A DNA stretch of 63,432 bases, filler included, from Octopus bimaculoides (Eukaryota): assembly GCF_001194135.2 (NCBI RefSeq). It is 4 parts of 4 records of this genome, joined end to end, with 100 filler letters (N's around TTAATTAATTAA, not from the genome) between each part and the next. Parts side by side here need not be neighbours in the genome. Positions count along the whole stretch, not along the records: positions 27,667 to 33,696 come from NC_069007.1; positions 33,797 to 56,120 come from NC_068989.1; 2 more parts are not named here. One strand, written 5' to 3'. The translations under genes were made by a program, and so were the position numbers. Every line of letters starts with the position of its first letter. Positions within the stretch are counted from its first letter, which is position 1. This document shows, piece after piece, positions 28,817-40,632 of this stretch. Under the pieces are notes generated by a model. It searched no databases, was not told the DNA's origin, and saw only the letters and a program-made list of their open reading frames with translations.

Positions 28817-28848
<32 letters not shown>

Positions 28849-29183
28849 NNNNNNNNNNNNNNNNNNNNNNNNNNNNNNNNNNNNNNNNNNNNNNNNNNNN
28901 NNNNNNNNNNNNNNNNNNNNNNNNNNNNNNNNNNNNNNNNNNNNNNNNNNNNNNNNNNNNNNNNNNNNNNNNNNNNNNNNNNNNNNNNNNNNNNNNNNNN
29001 NNNNNNNNNNNNNNNNNNNNNNNNNNNNNNNNNNNNNNNNNNNNNNNNNNNNNNNNNNNNNNNNNNNNNNNNNNNNNNNNNNNNNNNNNNNNNNNNNNNN
29101 NNNNNNNNNNNNNNNNNNNNCTTTGCGGGACGGACCGTTCCAGCGAAGTCGCGTATTGACCTTGCCTTCGAAACACAGAGTAG

Positions 29184-29385
29184 ATGGAACAGGGACAACT
29201 GACGAAGGGGTATACTCTTTATGTTGCTTGTCTCGTTTCTCAGTTTGTCTTCTTCGTTGTTCGGAAAAAGTTCGTTTTCTGTTTTCGTTTTTATGGAACA
29301 GGGACAACTGACGAAGGGGTATACTCTTTATGTTGCTTGTCTCGTTTCTCTGTTTGTCTTTTTCGTTGTTCGGAAAAAGTTCGCA
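29184..29385 (+). repeat. Direct tandem duplication, period 109 bp
   Basis: ATGGAACAGGGACAACTGACGAAGGGG.. starts at 29184 and again at 29293. Confidence 0.9.
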
Positions 29386-30784
29386 CTGTCACCAAAAGAG
29401 GTTGAATACTCAGTTACTTGAACCAAATCGTCAGCGTCCAGTCCGCTCATTCCCCCTCTCTCCCTCAGGTCAATCCCGACACTGCAGACAGATACTAGAA
29501 GATGTTTGAGCCAAAACTATCCTGTCTAACTATTTTTTAGTCACACAGTGTACATTATGGCAATTGTTCTCTACAGGATAAAAATTTGTACAAAGTATAC
29601 AGCTATGAAAAAATGCTAGGAGCCTTTGAGATGCCAGGCAGTCAAAATTTGGGCAGGTTAAAATGGAAAGACAGGGTAACCAACACTGTAGACACCTGCT
29701 GTTGGGAATCTAGTTTACAATGCCATCGTATTATGGAAGTGCAAAGCTCCACAAGTCGTTGATCAGGCTCAGGCGTGACTGTGTGGTAAGAAGCGTGCTT
29801 CCAGAGGCTAACCAGCCTCCAAAACAAGTCACCAAAGGCTTTGCGGCAGTCGCCGACGTACAAACGGGAATCTGGAGATCCCAGTGGGGGAACTCCAGGA
29901 AATGTTTATTAAAAAAATTACAGAGGAGGAGGGTGAAGTAAAAATATCACCTCCCACCAACACAACAGAAGAAATCAAAAAAAAAAAACCAATTATATTC
30001 AAAGCGTTCTGCCCAGAAAAAAAAATGAAACATATGGAACAGAATAAAACGTGACCGATAGAATAAGTACCAGGGTTAGCAAAAAGTTAAGTTGATTCCT
30101 TCGACTTAATTTTCCATGCGGTGCTCCAGCATGGCCGCAGTCTAATGACTGAAACAAATACAAGGTAAAAAGCTAGAGGAAGAGAACAAAAGTGCGTCAA
30201 AGGTGTTTGTGGACTGACGAGATCAAACGATGGGCCTGGAAACGAGCCTGGATGATTGTGTGCATGCAACACAATGCAAAAAGGACTTGAGATCTTTGGC
30301 AAACCGACTCCTGCCTGGTTGAATATGACTAGTGAAAGAGCAGAGTCGGTAGAGTGTCAGATGTAGAACAAATGCGATTCAGTAATGCATTTTGTTACGG
30401 TTTTTGCATATTCTTCACGAGTTCGAATCCCACTGAGGTAGTCTTTGATCTCCGGTCTGCCCAGGGTCGATACATAAAGCACCAGTCATGCCTGTAATCG
30501 ATTTCTGCATCTCCTTTTTTTTTATTCTCTGAATCTCACAGAAAAGCCTCTGGTATATTACTGGAATAAGAAGAAGAAAAAGCAGAAGAAGAAAAGACAG
30601 AAGAAGAAGAAGAAACAAGGAGCATATTATCCAATGCATGTCTGTGTGCGTGTGTGTGTGGGTGTGTGCTTTTGTGTGTGTGTGTATGAGTGTGTCCTTT
30701 TGTGTTGTCAAGTCTGCGGTTTAAACACTAACAAGGATAACGAAGAATGTTCAGAGATTTAGTAAAATAAGAAACCCTTCTCTC

Positions 30785-30858
<74 letters not shown>

Positions 30859-31952
30859 TCATTCCCTCCCCATCATTTCTCTTTTTCGATACGTTATTTT
30901 ATTTGGTTGTTCTCTCTCTCTCTCTCTCTCTCCCCTTCGTGATAGTTATAAATAAATTAAAGAATTAAAACATGTATAAATATACATATCAAAAATGAAA
31001 TAATGAATCAAACAACCTCAGAATGATATCCTCCTCTAACAATGAAATCCAATAAAATCGATAACAGATTACAACCAATAGAATATCGAGAAGAGCAACT
31101 GAAAACAATATTCATTAAGAGAAAGCCATAACGACCACAGTTCCATTAACAATATAATTATAGGTGCCGAGACAAACAAAGAGACCTTAACAAAGCAGAT
31201 ACGTCTCGACAGATAAAAATTGATGTGAAATAGAAAACACCCAATTCGCCTCTCGGGGCCCCTTACCTCATCTTCTGCTATGTGTCTGAAAAAGCCCTGT
31301 CACAAATGATAGAGAAAACATTACCTTTGTTTGCTGCTTTTTAGAGAGAGAAAAATAAATCTCCCTTGTAGCAAATAAAGGAAACTGGTTGCAAATCCTC
31401 TAACGAAATGCTTTCGCAAATAAATCAGAAAGCATCTTCGTTTCTTGTTAACTCATTCAGAAATGATTCAGAAGAGATATTGAGAGTTTAAATCATTATC
31501 AATATTTTCTTCCGTTTGCGTGGCTGAAAGCTGGCAGAATCGTTACCGCGCAGGACAAACTGCTTGGCGGTATTTCGTTTGTCTTTACGTTCCGAGTTCA
31601 AATTACACCGAGATCCACTTCGCCTTACTTCCTTTCGAGATCGGTAAAATAAGCACCTGTTGAGCACAGGAGCTGGCTACCCCTGGCTTTGTGCTAAAAT
31701 TTGGAATCAATATTTTCTTCCAGTAACAACGCGGAGAGCTAACAGAATCGTTACCACTCCGCACAAAATGCTTCGTAGTATTTCATCCATCTTAACGTTC
31801 TGAGTTCAAATTCTGCGAGATCAACTTTGCATTTCATCATTTCGGGGTTGATAAAATAAACATCAGCTGAATACTGAGGGTCGATGTAATCGACTAGCCC
31901 CCTACTTTAAATTGCTGATCTTGTGTCCAAATTTCAAACTAATATTTCCGTT

Positions 31953-32103
31953 AATCCTTTGGCAAAAATTATCTCATATAACATAATCCTCTTGCAAAAA
32001 TTAATCCTCTGGCAAAAATTAATCCTCTGGCAAAAATTATCTCATAAAACATAATCCTCTGGCAAAAATTAATCCTCTGGCAAAAATTATCTCATACAAC
32101 ATA
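31953..32103 (+). repeat. Higher-order minisatellite of 18-bp AATCCTCTGGCAAAAATT and 14-bp ATCTCATANAACAT units
   Basis: Six 18-mers interleaved with three 14-mers, read directly from the sequence. Confidence 0.9.
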
Positions 32104-33019
32104 AAAGAATGCATTTCTTGAACTTTGCTAAATTTCTTATAAAAGCACGCGGCAGATAACCCGAAAGGTTCTCTTCATTTGCTGACCTTTTGAACAAAAT
32201 ATTGAGAGAAGCAAAAGAGAGCTCATTGTTTCATAGTCTCCTTATATCTTCTTTTTCACCCTCTGGCAAAATCTTTTCCTTATATCGGGGTTGATAAAAT
32301 AAACACCAGCTGAATACTGAGGGTCGATGTAATCGACTAGCCGCCTACTTTAAATTGCTGATCTTGTGTCCAAGCAACCCTTAACCCTCGGTAACCTTCG
32401 AAACAGTTTAAAGGGTGAAAGAAGGCAAATTCCTCAAGATGGTGATCTGATAGAATCGTTACCGTACCGGACAAAATGTTTAGTGACATTTCTTCCGTCT
32501 GTAGGTTCTGAGTTCAAATTCCGCCGAGGTTGGGGGTGGTCGATAAAATAAGTACCAGCTGAGCACTGGGGTCGATGCCATTGATTATCCAACTCACCAC
32601 AAATTTCAAGCCCTGAAATTTCGCGGCAAACACACACACATACACATGCACTCATACACACGTACACGCACGTACATATACACACACACAAGCGCATGCA
32701 CACACACAATCGCACAGGCACACACAAGCGCAAGCTCACACGCAAGCACCCGCACAAGCGCATGCACTTACACACACCCATATATACATCCGTGTATGCA
32801 CATACACACGCGCACGTACATACACATACACTGAGCTTCTGTGTACCGCATGTAGTCTCGAGGCGTTGATCGGCTTGGAGGTAATAGTAGCTGACACTTT
32901 TCACAATGTGGCGCGCAGCGGAAATGAACACGAGATCACTTCGTTGAAAAGCGTGCTTCATAACCACCCAGCCATGCACCAGGTTGTTGGCACTCCGTCG
33001 CTTACGTCGTCGCGGGTTC

Positions 33020-33372
33020 CAGTTGATCCGATCAACGGAACAGCCTGCTCGTGAAATTAACGTGCAAGTGGCTGAGCACACCACAGACACGTGTACACTT
33101 AACGTAGTTCTCGGGGGGACATTCTGTGTGACACAGTGTGTGACAAGGCTGACCCTTTGAATTACAGGCACAACAGAAACAGGAAGAAAGAGTGAGAGAA
33201 AGTTGTGGTGGAAGAGTACAGCAGGGTTCGCCACCGTCCCCTGCCGGAGTCCCGTGGAGCTTTAGGTGTTTTCGTTCAATAAACACTCACAACGCCCGGT
33301 CTGGGAATGGAAACCGCGATCCTATGACCGCGAGTCTGCTGCCCTAACCCCTGGGCCATTGCGCCTCCACCA
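33020..33372 (-). mobile_element. tRNA-derived SINE (distinct family)
   Basis: Minus-strand head GGCGCAATGGCCCAGGGGTTAGGGCAGCAGACTCGCGGTCATAGGATCGCGGTTTCCATTCCC followed by a non-tRNA body. Confidence 0.7.
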
Positions 33373-34149
33373 TACACCAGGAGATTCTTTTTATTCAGTT
33401 TTATTCACACTCATTAATTATAATTGACAATATTTCCGTCGACAGTAACCAATCTATGCCACAAATTCCATTGATTCATGAAATGCGACAACCTCTCATT
33501 TAATCGGCTTCAAATGCTTGTTCGCAGTTTTGTCTTCTGTTTTTTTTCCAACTGACTCTCACAGCATTCTTTTCTACTCAAACCGTTATATTGTTTCGAA
33601 AGTTCAGTCTTGTTTCGTTATCGATTACTTGATGATTGATTACCTGAAATTCGGAGCAATGATTTATCTTTTTTTTTTTTTTTTTTTTTTTTTTTTNNNN
33701 NNNNNNNNNNNNNNNNNNNNNNNNNNNNNNNNNNNNNNNNTTAATTAATTAANNNNNNNNNNNNNNNNNNNNNNNNNNNNNNNNNNNNNNNNNNNNTGCT
33801 TCTCTTCACTGCCTATTACTTCATTAGAAATCTAAGGATGCACATAAGCACATAATAGAGAAAAATGAAACAAATATGGACAACTTGCTCCGAAACACCA
33901 CCGAGTGGGGAACACTTCTCAAAAATAACCTGCAGTTGTTTCCTTCAAAATTCCTACATGCTTGAAATGTACATACATCAAGGTACATTTGTACAAAATT
34001 TCATGAAAAAATATTCATTTTCCTGGAAGTTAAGAAGAATTTAAGTGGAATTTCCGAATATTGTACCCCACCCCCTTCCAAAACACTTTCACTGAATCTA
34101 CATAATAAATAATATATGCATAGAAAATTTCTCAAAACCTCCTTGTCAA

Positions 34150-35073
34150 AACAAAACTCCGGAAGAAAACCAAGACTTTCAGTTAGGGACTGTCAGACTT
34201 TTATGTGAATTGTTAGAAAGGATCACAAAAGTACAGCTCCCAAAGTTACTGCAGAGCTTAATGACCACTTCAAGAACCCAGTTTCCACAAAAATTATTCG
34301 CCAGGAGCTGCACAAAGCTGGATTTCATGGGTGGGCTGCAATCAGAAAACCACTACTTTCAAAAGTAAACGTTGCAAAGCATTTAGAGTGGAGTAAAAAC
34401 CTACAGAATTGGTCCCTAGAGCAGTGGAAGAATGTTATTTTCTCAGACGAGTCATTCTTTACCTTATTTCCGACCACCGGCCAAGTATACGTGTGAAGAC
34501 AGTCAAAAGAAGCATTTGACCTAGACTGCCTTCTTCCACTGTTAAACATGGAGGAGAATCTGTGATGATCTAGGGGCTATATCTTGGAAATCCGCCAGCC
34601 CAATAGTTTCCCCTTCATGAAAGAATTAATAGTCAAGACGATTCAAGCATTTTATCTGATCAAATTCATCCTATGGTTGCAGAACTGTTTCCAGAGGGAA
34701 ACGCAATCTTTCAGGATGATAATGCATCAATTCACACAGCTAAAGTCGTTACTGAATGGTATGAGGAACATTCTAGTGACGTTGAACATCTTATCTGGCC
34801 ACCAGTCCCCAGATCTCAATATTATTGAACATTTATGGTGCATTTTAGAAGAACAAGTAAGGAGTCGATATCCTCTAGCATCATCACTACAAGAGCTGGA
34901 GACTGTTTCAGCTGAAGAATGAACAAAAATTCCTTTGGAAACAATTCAAACTTTGTACAAGTCCATACCTCATAGAATTCAAGTTGTAATTACTGCCAAA
35001 GGCAGGCCTACCCCATATTAAAATAAATTTGTTTGAAATTTTATGGTGTTTCCATTATTTTGTCCAACCCCTG
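34150..35073 (+). mobile_element. Second Tc1 copy of the same family, 5'-truncated
   Basis: VIFSDES, QDDNASIHT, SPDLNIIEHLW; 3' TIR ...TTTTGTCCAACCCCTG followed by TA. Confidence 0.9.
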
Positions 35074-35085
35074 TACATATATATA

Positions 35086-35396
35086 TAGTAATGTTTATAT
35101 GCCAACATAACATGGCAGTCCTGTAAAGAACGATATTACTGCTGTTTTAGCCCCAGGAAAACATCTTTTCCAGCTGGCTAACAACACACCATCTATATCC
35201 ATATATAGCATTTGCAAGGGAGGTTATCGCTCCGATCTCTAGCCTTACATGATACTCACAGACCTAGGTTTCTGGATGTTATCTCTACCCTTATGTATTG
35301 TTAGCCAGCTGGAAAAGATGTTCTCCTGGGACTAAAACAACAGTAACATTATCCTTTACAGGACTACTACGTTATGTTGGCATAAAAACATTACTA
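35086..35396. mobile_element. Foldback MITE (311 bp) with ~100-bp terminal inverted repeats
   Basis: TAGTAATGTTT..GCCAACATAAC..GTCCTGTAAAG..CATCTTTTCCAGCTGGCTAACAA mirrored at 35298-35396; a related half-copy lies at ~17055-17140. Confidence 0.85.
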
Positions 35397-35959
35397 TCCA
35401 GTACTGTTACTGCATTTCTCTCGCTCAGAGATTTAAAACATATATATGTGTGTGCGCGTGTGTGTGAGTGCTTGTTTCCCACTACTATTTGACAACTGGT
35501 ATTGGTGTGTTTACATCCCCGTAACTTAGGGGTTCAGCAAAAGAGTCTGATAGACAAAGTGCCAGGCTTAAAAAAAAAGTACTGGGGCCAGCATAGCCAC
35601 TGTCTAATAATTGAAACAAGTAAAAGATAAAAGAATTAAAAGAATATTGATTCTTAAGACATCTAGACTGGTTCAGACCAGAAGAATAACTTTTCCGTTT
35701 TACGACAAGTGTATTCGATGCTCATTGGTGCACAGAATTCTGGGACGCTGGTGTTTTGACATGTTGTGTCTCAGTCAGAAGTTCTATGTATGTATGTACA
35801 TACATACAGATATACATACACATTAATATTTATTTCCTGTCAAGTTATATATAAAACAATTTAACATTAAACTGAAGGACTGTTCAATACTTTTCAGTAG
35901 GGTACATGCTTATTAAACTTCTACAAGGAAAAGGTTGCTAGTGACTTCAATGTTTCAAC

Positions 35960-36130
35960 ATATTTCCCTGTCATCACGTGACTAATTATTATTTGAAGCG
36001 GCAACTGCTTCGTACCGTTCCCGCCAGAACACAAACTGACCAATCACAGCTCCTAATAAGGTCACGTGATAGTGTTTTTCTAATACCTCTCTGGAGCCCC
36101 TATTTTGCTTTAAATAGACCAAATTATACC
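35960..36130. promoter_or_regulatory. E-box/CCAAT/E2F-like motif cluster
   Basis: ATCACGTGAC (~35973), TTCCCGCC (~36018), GACCAATCA (~36038), GTCACGTGAT (~36061) and TTTAAATAG (~36110). May be the 5' part of the adjacent repeat. Confidence 0.35.
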
Positions 36131-37010
36131 CAGCTAAGGGGTCTCGGTTTAGTTTCTCTTAGAGATCTGTTCCGTGTACCACACAGCAGCAGCAGCCAGC
36201 GACAACAACCAACAGCTTCGTACAACTACGACTACCACCGATGTCGCCATCAGCAACATGATTTCTACGACTACCACCATCGTTGCCGCCAGCGTCAACA
36301 CCACTTCAGCTACGAACTACAAGATTCGCCACCAGCATCGCCAACATTGTCAACACGACTTTCCACGTGCACAAGCTACCAAACAGTAACCGTGGCACAT
36401 CTCTCTTCGATTCTGTTTGTGTGATTCATCTTCNNNNNNNNNNNNNNNNNNNNNNNNNNNNNNNNNNNNNNNNNNNNNNNNNNNNNNNNNNNNNNNNNNN
36501 NNNNNNNNNNNNNNNNNNNNNNNCCACGAAATAACAGCCAAGAGCATAGCCTGCGACGAACGTCTGTACTCAAGAACCCGGCTCGGCATGGAAGCCCTAA
36601 CATCACGACGAGTGATCGCTCTGCCACACACGCCTCAACTTCTTACATACAGACTGTTCCTATTGTGTACTCAACAAACTGGCAAATTCTTATATGTGTT
36701 ACTGACTCTTTCTATCTGCTGTATCTCACGCATACACATACATGTATCACTTACACACACTCTTTTCTTTATACGACGGCCTGTCTTTTATTATGTTTTC
36801 ATTATGTCGCATTCACACTCACACACAGACATACATTATAACGCTACAATAAATATTACTGTTATTCATCTTCTATCGGTTGTGTTCTATCGTCTTCCTT
36901 TACTGGCCATTTATGAATTCCCTATGTTATCGAAGTATAACATATATATATATCATTTGATATATTTTTGTGTTCGACCGTATGACGCGTTTAAATAAAA
37001 GGAGTCCTGT
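36130..37010 (+). repeat. Unclassified interspersed repeat; diverged copy at 42330-42960
   Basis: Shared GCCTCAACTTCTTACAT, ACGGCCTGT..ATTATGTCGCA..CACACACAC and similar 3' ends. Confidence 0.6.
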
Positions 37011-38065
37011 TTTTCCATTCGTCACCATTTCTCCTTTTGGGTTCGCACGGTCGTTCTTACAATCCTTTCTCACCACTTCGTCCCATGTCTTCTTGGGTCT
37101 ACCCCTTCAACAAGTACCCTTCACAATTAGAGCTCAGCACATTTTTACACTGCTGTCCTCATCCATATGCATCACATAACCAAACCAGCACAGTCTTCTC
37201 TCTTGCACACAACATCCGATGTTTTTCCTCTTAAATCATTTACACTCAGTCATGCATGCACAGACATTACCCATCTAGTGGAGCATGCTAGTTCATTTCT
37301 AAGCCTTTGCAAGTCCTTTGTAGTCAAAGTCCATGTTTCACTGCCATATAACATAGCTGACCATACACAGGCATCATACAACCTGCCTTTTACTCTGCGG
37401 GAGAGGTTTTTAGTTACTAACAAAGGTAGAAGCTCTCTGAATTTTGCCCAGCCCATTCTTATTCTAGTAACTACACTTTCCAAACTTCTTCCACTACTGC
37501 TAACTTGGTCTCCTAGGTAACAGAAGCTATCGTCTATTTCTAAAAATCCCACCAAGTATTTGAGGGAGCCTGTTGTCTGCGCATTTTTAGCACTTTTTGT
37601 ACCTGCACATGTGCCACACACAAAGACTATATCCTCCATTAATCTTCGTGTGGTACCACTACATCTCTTATGTGTCCAAATCTTGCACTAGGTACAATGT
37701 ATGGAGTTTCTACCAACAACCTTCTTACATATTGAGCAGGGCCATCTCCCAGAAGGGACTTGTGATTTGTCTGTTTTCCTACTTACTAGGACATTGGTTT
37801 GGTTTTTGCTAAATGAACTCTAAGGTTCTTAGATTCCAGACCTTGTTTCCACACCTAAAATTTCTTCTCTAGATCAGGTAGTGATTCAGCTATAAAAACA
37901 AGGTCATCAGCATAGAAGAGCTCCCAGGGACAGCTGGTCTTGAATTGCCTGAGGACTAAGATAAACAGGAGAGGGTTGAGAACTGAGCCTTGATGAACTC
38001 CTACTTGTAAACTGAATTCATTGCTATACTCACTGCCAACCTTCACCTTACTGGCAGCATCAGTA
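37010..38065 (-). mobile_element. RTE-clade LINE fragment of the same family
   Basis: VGVHQGSVLNPLLF, PWELFYADDL, FCYLGDQVSS, GRLYDACV..AMLYGSETW. Confidence 0.88.
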
Positions 38066-38605
38066 AGGTGAAGATTAGATATTAAGCATGTGTTAGAAAG
38101 AAAACATTCACACAGGAAATACAGTTATTTTACCTCATAACTTTTTGGTCACATGGCCAAGCAAGATGGTATTTAAAGATAGCATTCATTTGTTGTGATA
38201 CAATAAATACATAACTGGGATAGAAAATATCTTGTAAATTGAAGGGATATGGGTGAGTTTGGGATATGGAAAGGGGAAGGTGATTGAATCTAGTTTGAGT
38301 AGAATCTTTTGAAACTGATTCCTATATACATAACCTGTCTCTTTGAAAATTGTAAACTGTTTTGAATAGTTTAGTAGAGCTTCCATGGCTCTAAGAAGTT
38401 TAAAGAATTCTCCGATTGCAATTTTTGTTCTTTCTTTAAAGCTATTTCAACCAGCTAACAGGAATAGTGTCTACACTGCTTACACCAGTGGAGTGTTCAT
38501 CCTAATGGTATTTAGCTCTAAATTATAGCTAAGTGTAAGGGATATTCAGTTGTGTTTTAGTTTATAAATACATAACAAACAAAAATAGAAGTGAATCAAT
38601 GTAAC

Positions 38606-38829
38606 CTGCATCCAATTATTAATGGTGATACATCGTGAAGTTGGAGTTAATGGATAACGTTGGTACTGTTTTTCTTCTTTGTGTGTAAAAAGAAGGCATA
38701 TCAAAGTTAAGAATTCTCTTTCAGTTATAAACAAGTTGTGCTGCCAATTGAGAAGGAGAAAATACCGTAGACAGTAAAAGATGAATCCATTATGTCGACC
38801 ATATCGTATAAAGTAATTACGCGGCCAAT
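38606..38829 (-). CDS. Coding exon 5 (D)WPRNYFIRYGRHNGFIFYCLRYFLLLNWQHNLFITEREFLTLICLLF...PTSRCITINNWMQ
   Basis: Strong acceptor ttcttcatttttcag; the phase-1 start matches the exon 4 end and gives an open 74-codon frame. The donor CAG|GTTACA is weaker, so the 3' boundary is less certain. Confidence 0.78.
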
Positions 38830-38902
38830 CTGAAAAATGAAGAAATCAAGATAAGTCTTTTAAGAAATGCAAAATGGTTAATATTTTCCAGTATTTTGAA
38901 CA

Positions 38903-38951
<49 letters not shown>

Positions 38952-38985
38952 ACTCACTCACACACACAAACTCTCAAGGATTTGA

Positions 38986-39272
38986 AAGGCTTGCACCACA
39001 GCATCTTAGTAGGAATAAATAGAGCCAAACAAGTTTTATTCTTCATTTGTCAATCCTTCGTCCTCTCTCTCTCTTTCCCTCTGTTGCTCGCACATGCACA
39101 TACACACATCATTTTAATGTCAAATTCTCACAGATTGGAAAGGCTTGCAACACAGCATCTTACTATACAACAGTACCAAAATTCTTAGGAGGAATTTTAA
39201 AAGAAACTAAATCCTAAGAGGAATAAACAGAGCCAAACAAGTTTTACTCTTCATTTGTCAATCCTTCGTCCA
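38986..39272 (+). repeat. Local imperfect duplication
   Basis: AAGGCTTGCA.CACAGCATCTTA and GGAATAAA.AGAGCCAAACAAGTTTTA.TCTTCATTTGTCAATCCTTCGTCC each occur twice. Confidence 0.8.
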
Positions 39273-39999
39273 ACAGGAAATAATGTTTGATAGCCAAACC
39301 ATCAATTATTCCTCATCTATGAATAAATTTGGTAACATTATTCAATGTAGATCAAAGTATCTTTTTATATTCAAAGTAGAAATGATTTCTTAACAGTATA
39401 AGTCATTAATGAGCAGTTTATAAAATTTACTTCAGGGGAAGATGAATTTAGGAAATGACATATTGTTAGGCTTGCCATATCTCCCAGTTTGACTCAAATT
39501 AACAAAGTTTGAAATTCTGTCCTGGTTTTTTGGAAATCTGGAAAAATTTTCTTTTATGATTTTTAACCTGCATTGATAACAAAGACACAAGACCTTGATG
39601 TTAGTTAGTCTTTAATGTATGAAGAAAGGAGAGACCTGTGTATGTTTTCCTCTCTTTTCTAAATTTAAAGTCATACAAATGTGTAGTGATCAACTGGTCT
39701 TACACCATATTTTATATTTCTGCTTGTTTCTGAAATTTATTGTCACATTGATTCATTAAAATTTTTTACTTATTTTAACATTAATCAAATTCATTTTTTC
39801 CTAATTTTTACTATGCTGAAAAGAGCATAAAAGATCTTTAGGATGATTACCCTTTTCTAATTAAGTTTTGTGTAGACATGGTTAAATATGACTACTGTTT
39901 CCCAAAGTCCTTTCTGCTACATTGAGATAGATGGGATATTGAAGGCACAAAGTAATGTTTGTTGCTAGTTCATCATCATCTTTTTTTTCTTTTTTTTTA

Positions 40000-40597
40000 A
40001 ATAACTGAACTAAAAGTTCTCATGGCTTCTAAAGGTACCATATTCATACCATTTTTCAGGACTTGTGTTTGAAGACATCCCATCATTCCTCAAATTTTGC
40101 AGCAGAACTTTTTGAGTCTATACAGAGCAGACAAAATGTGAATGCAATTTCACCAATGGTGAAATGTGAGCTTGCTAAAGACCTAACAAGAACAAATTTT
40201 GTGACAACTTCTATGGATGCTTCAAAATGCAAACATTTTTAAATGATACCTACCATTATTCAATACTATATTCTTGGTGAGGAGGTACAAATGAAACTTT
40301 TGAATATTATTTTATATTCTTATACTTTTACTGATTACAGTCATTTAACTGTGGTAATGTGGGAGCACAGTTTTTAATGGTTCATTTGATCATATTGACC
40401 TAGGTACTTATTTCTGAAAGCTTGTTACTTGTTTTGTATGATCACTTTTTGCCAAACTGCTAAGTTATGGAATATAAACAAAAAAGAAGCTAAATACTGA
40501 TGTGGACAAGAACATACATACATACACACATACACAACATACATACAAAACATACATACATACATAACAATATACATACATACCTACATGAATAAAC

Positions 40598-40632
<35 letters not shown>

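Noticed and set aside
31953-32103. Repeat-spacer (CRISPR-like) look here and at 55996-56120
   Set aside because: The spacers are themselves repeated, there are no cas genes, and the context is eukaryotic.
32434-33234. 266-aa minus-strand ORF
   Set aside because: Crosses SINE bodies and a (CA)n tract; no domain motifs and no coding-like composition.
35978-36424. 148-aa plus-strand ORF and overlapping Thr/Gln-rich ORFs
   Set aside because: Low-complexity sequence belonging to a repeat with a second copy at 42.3 kb; no splice or domain support.
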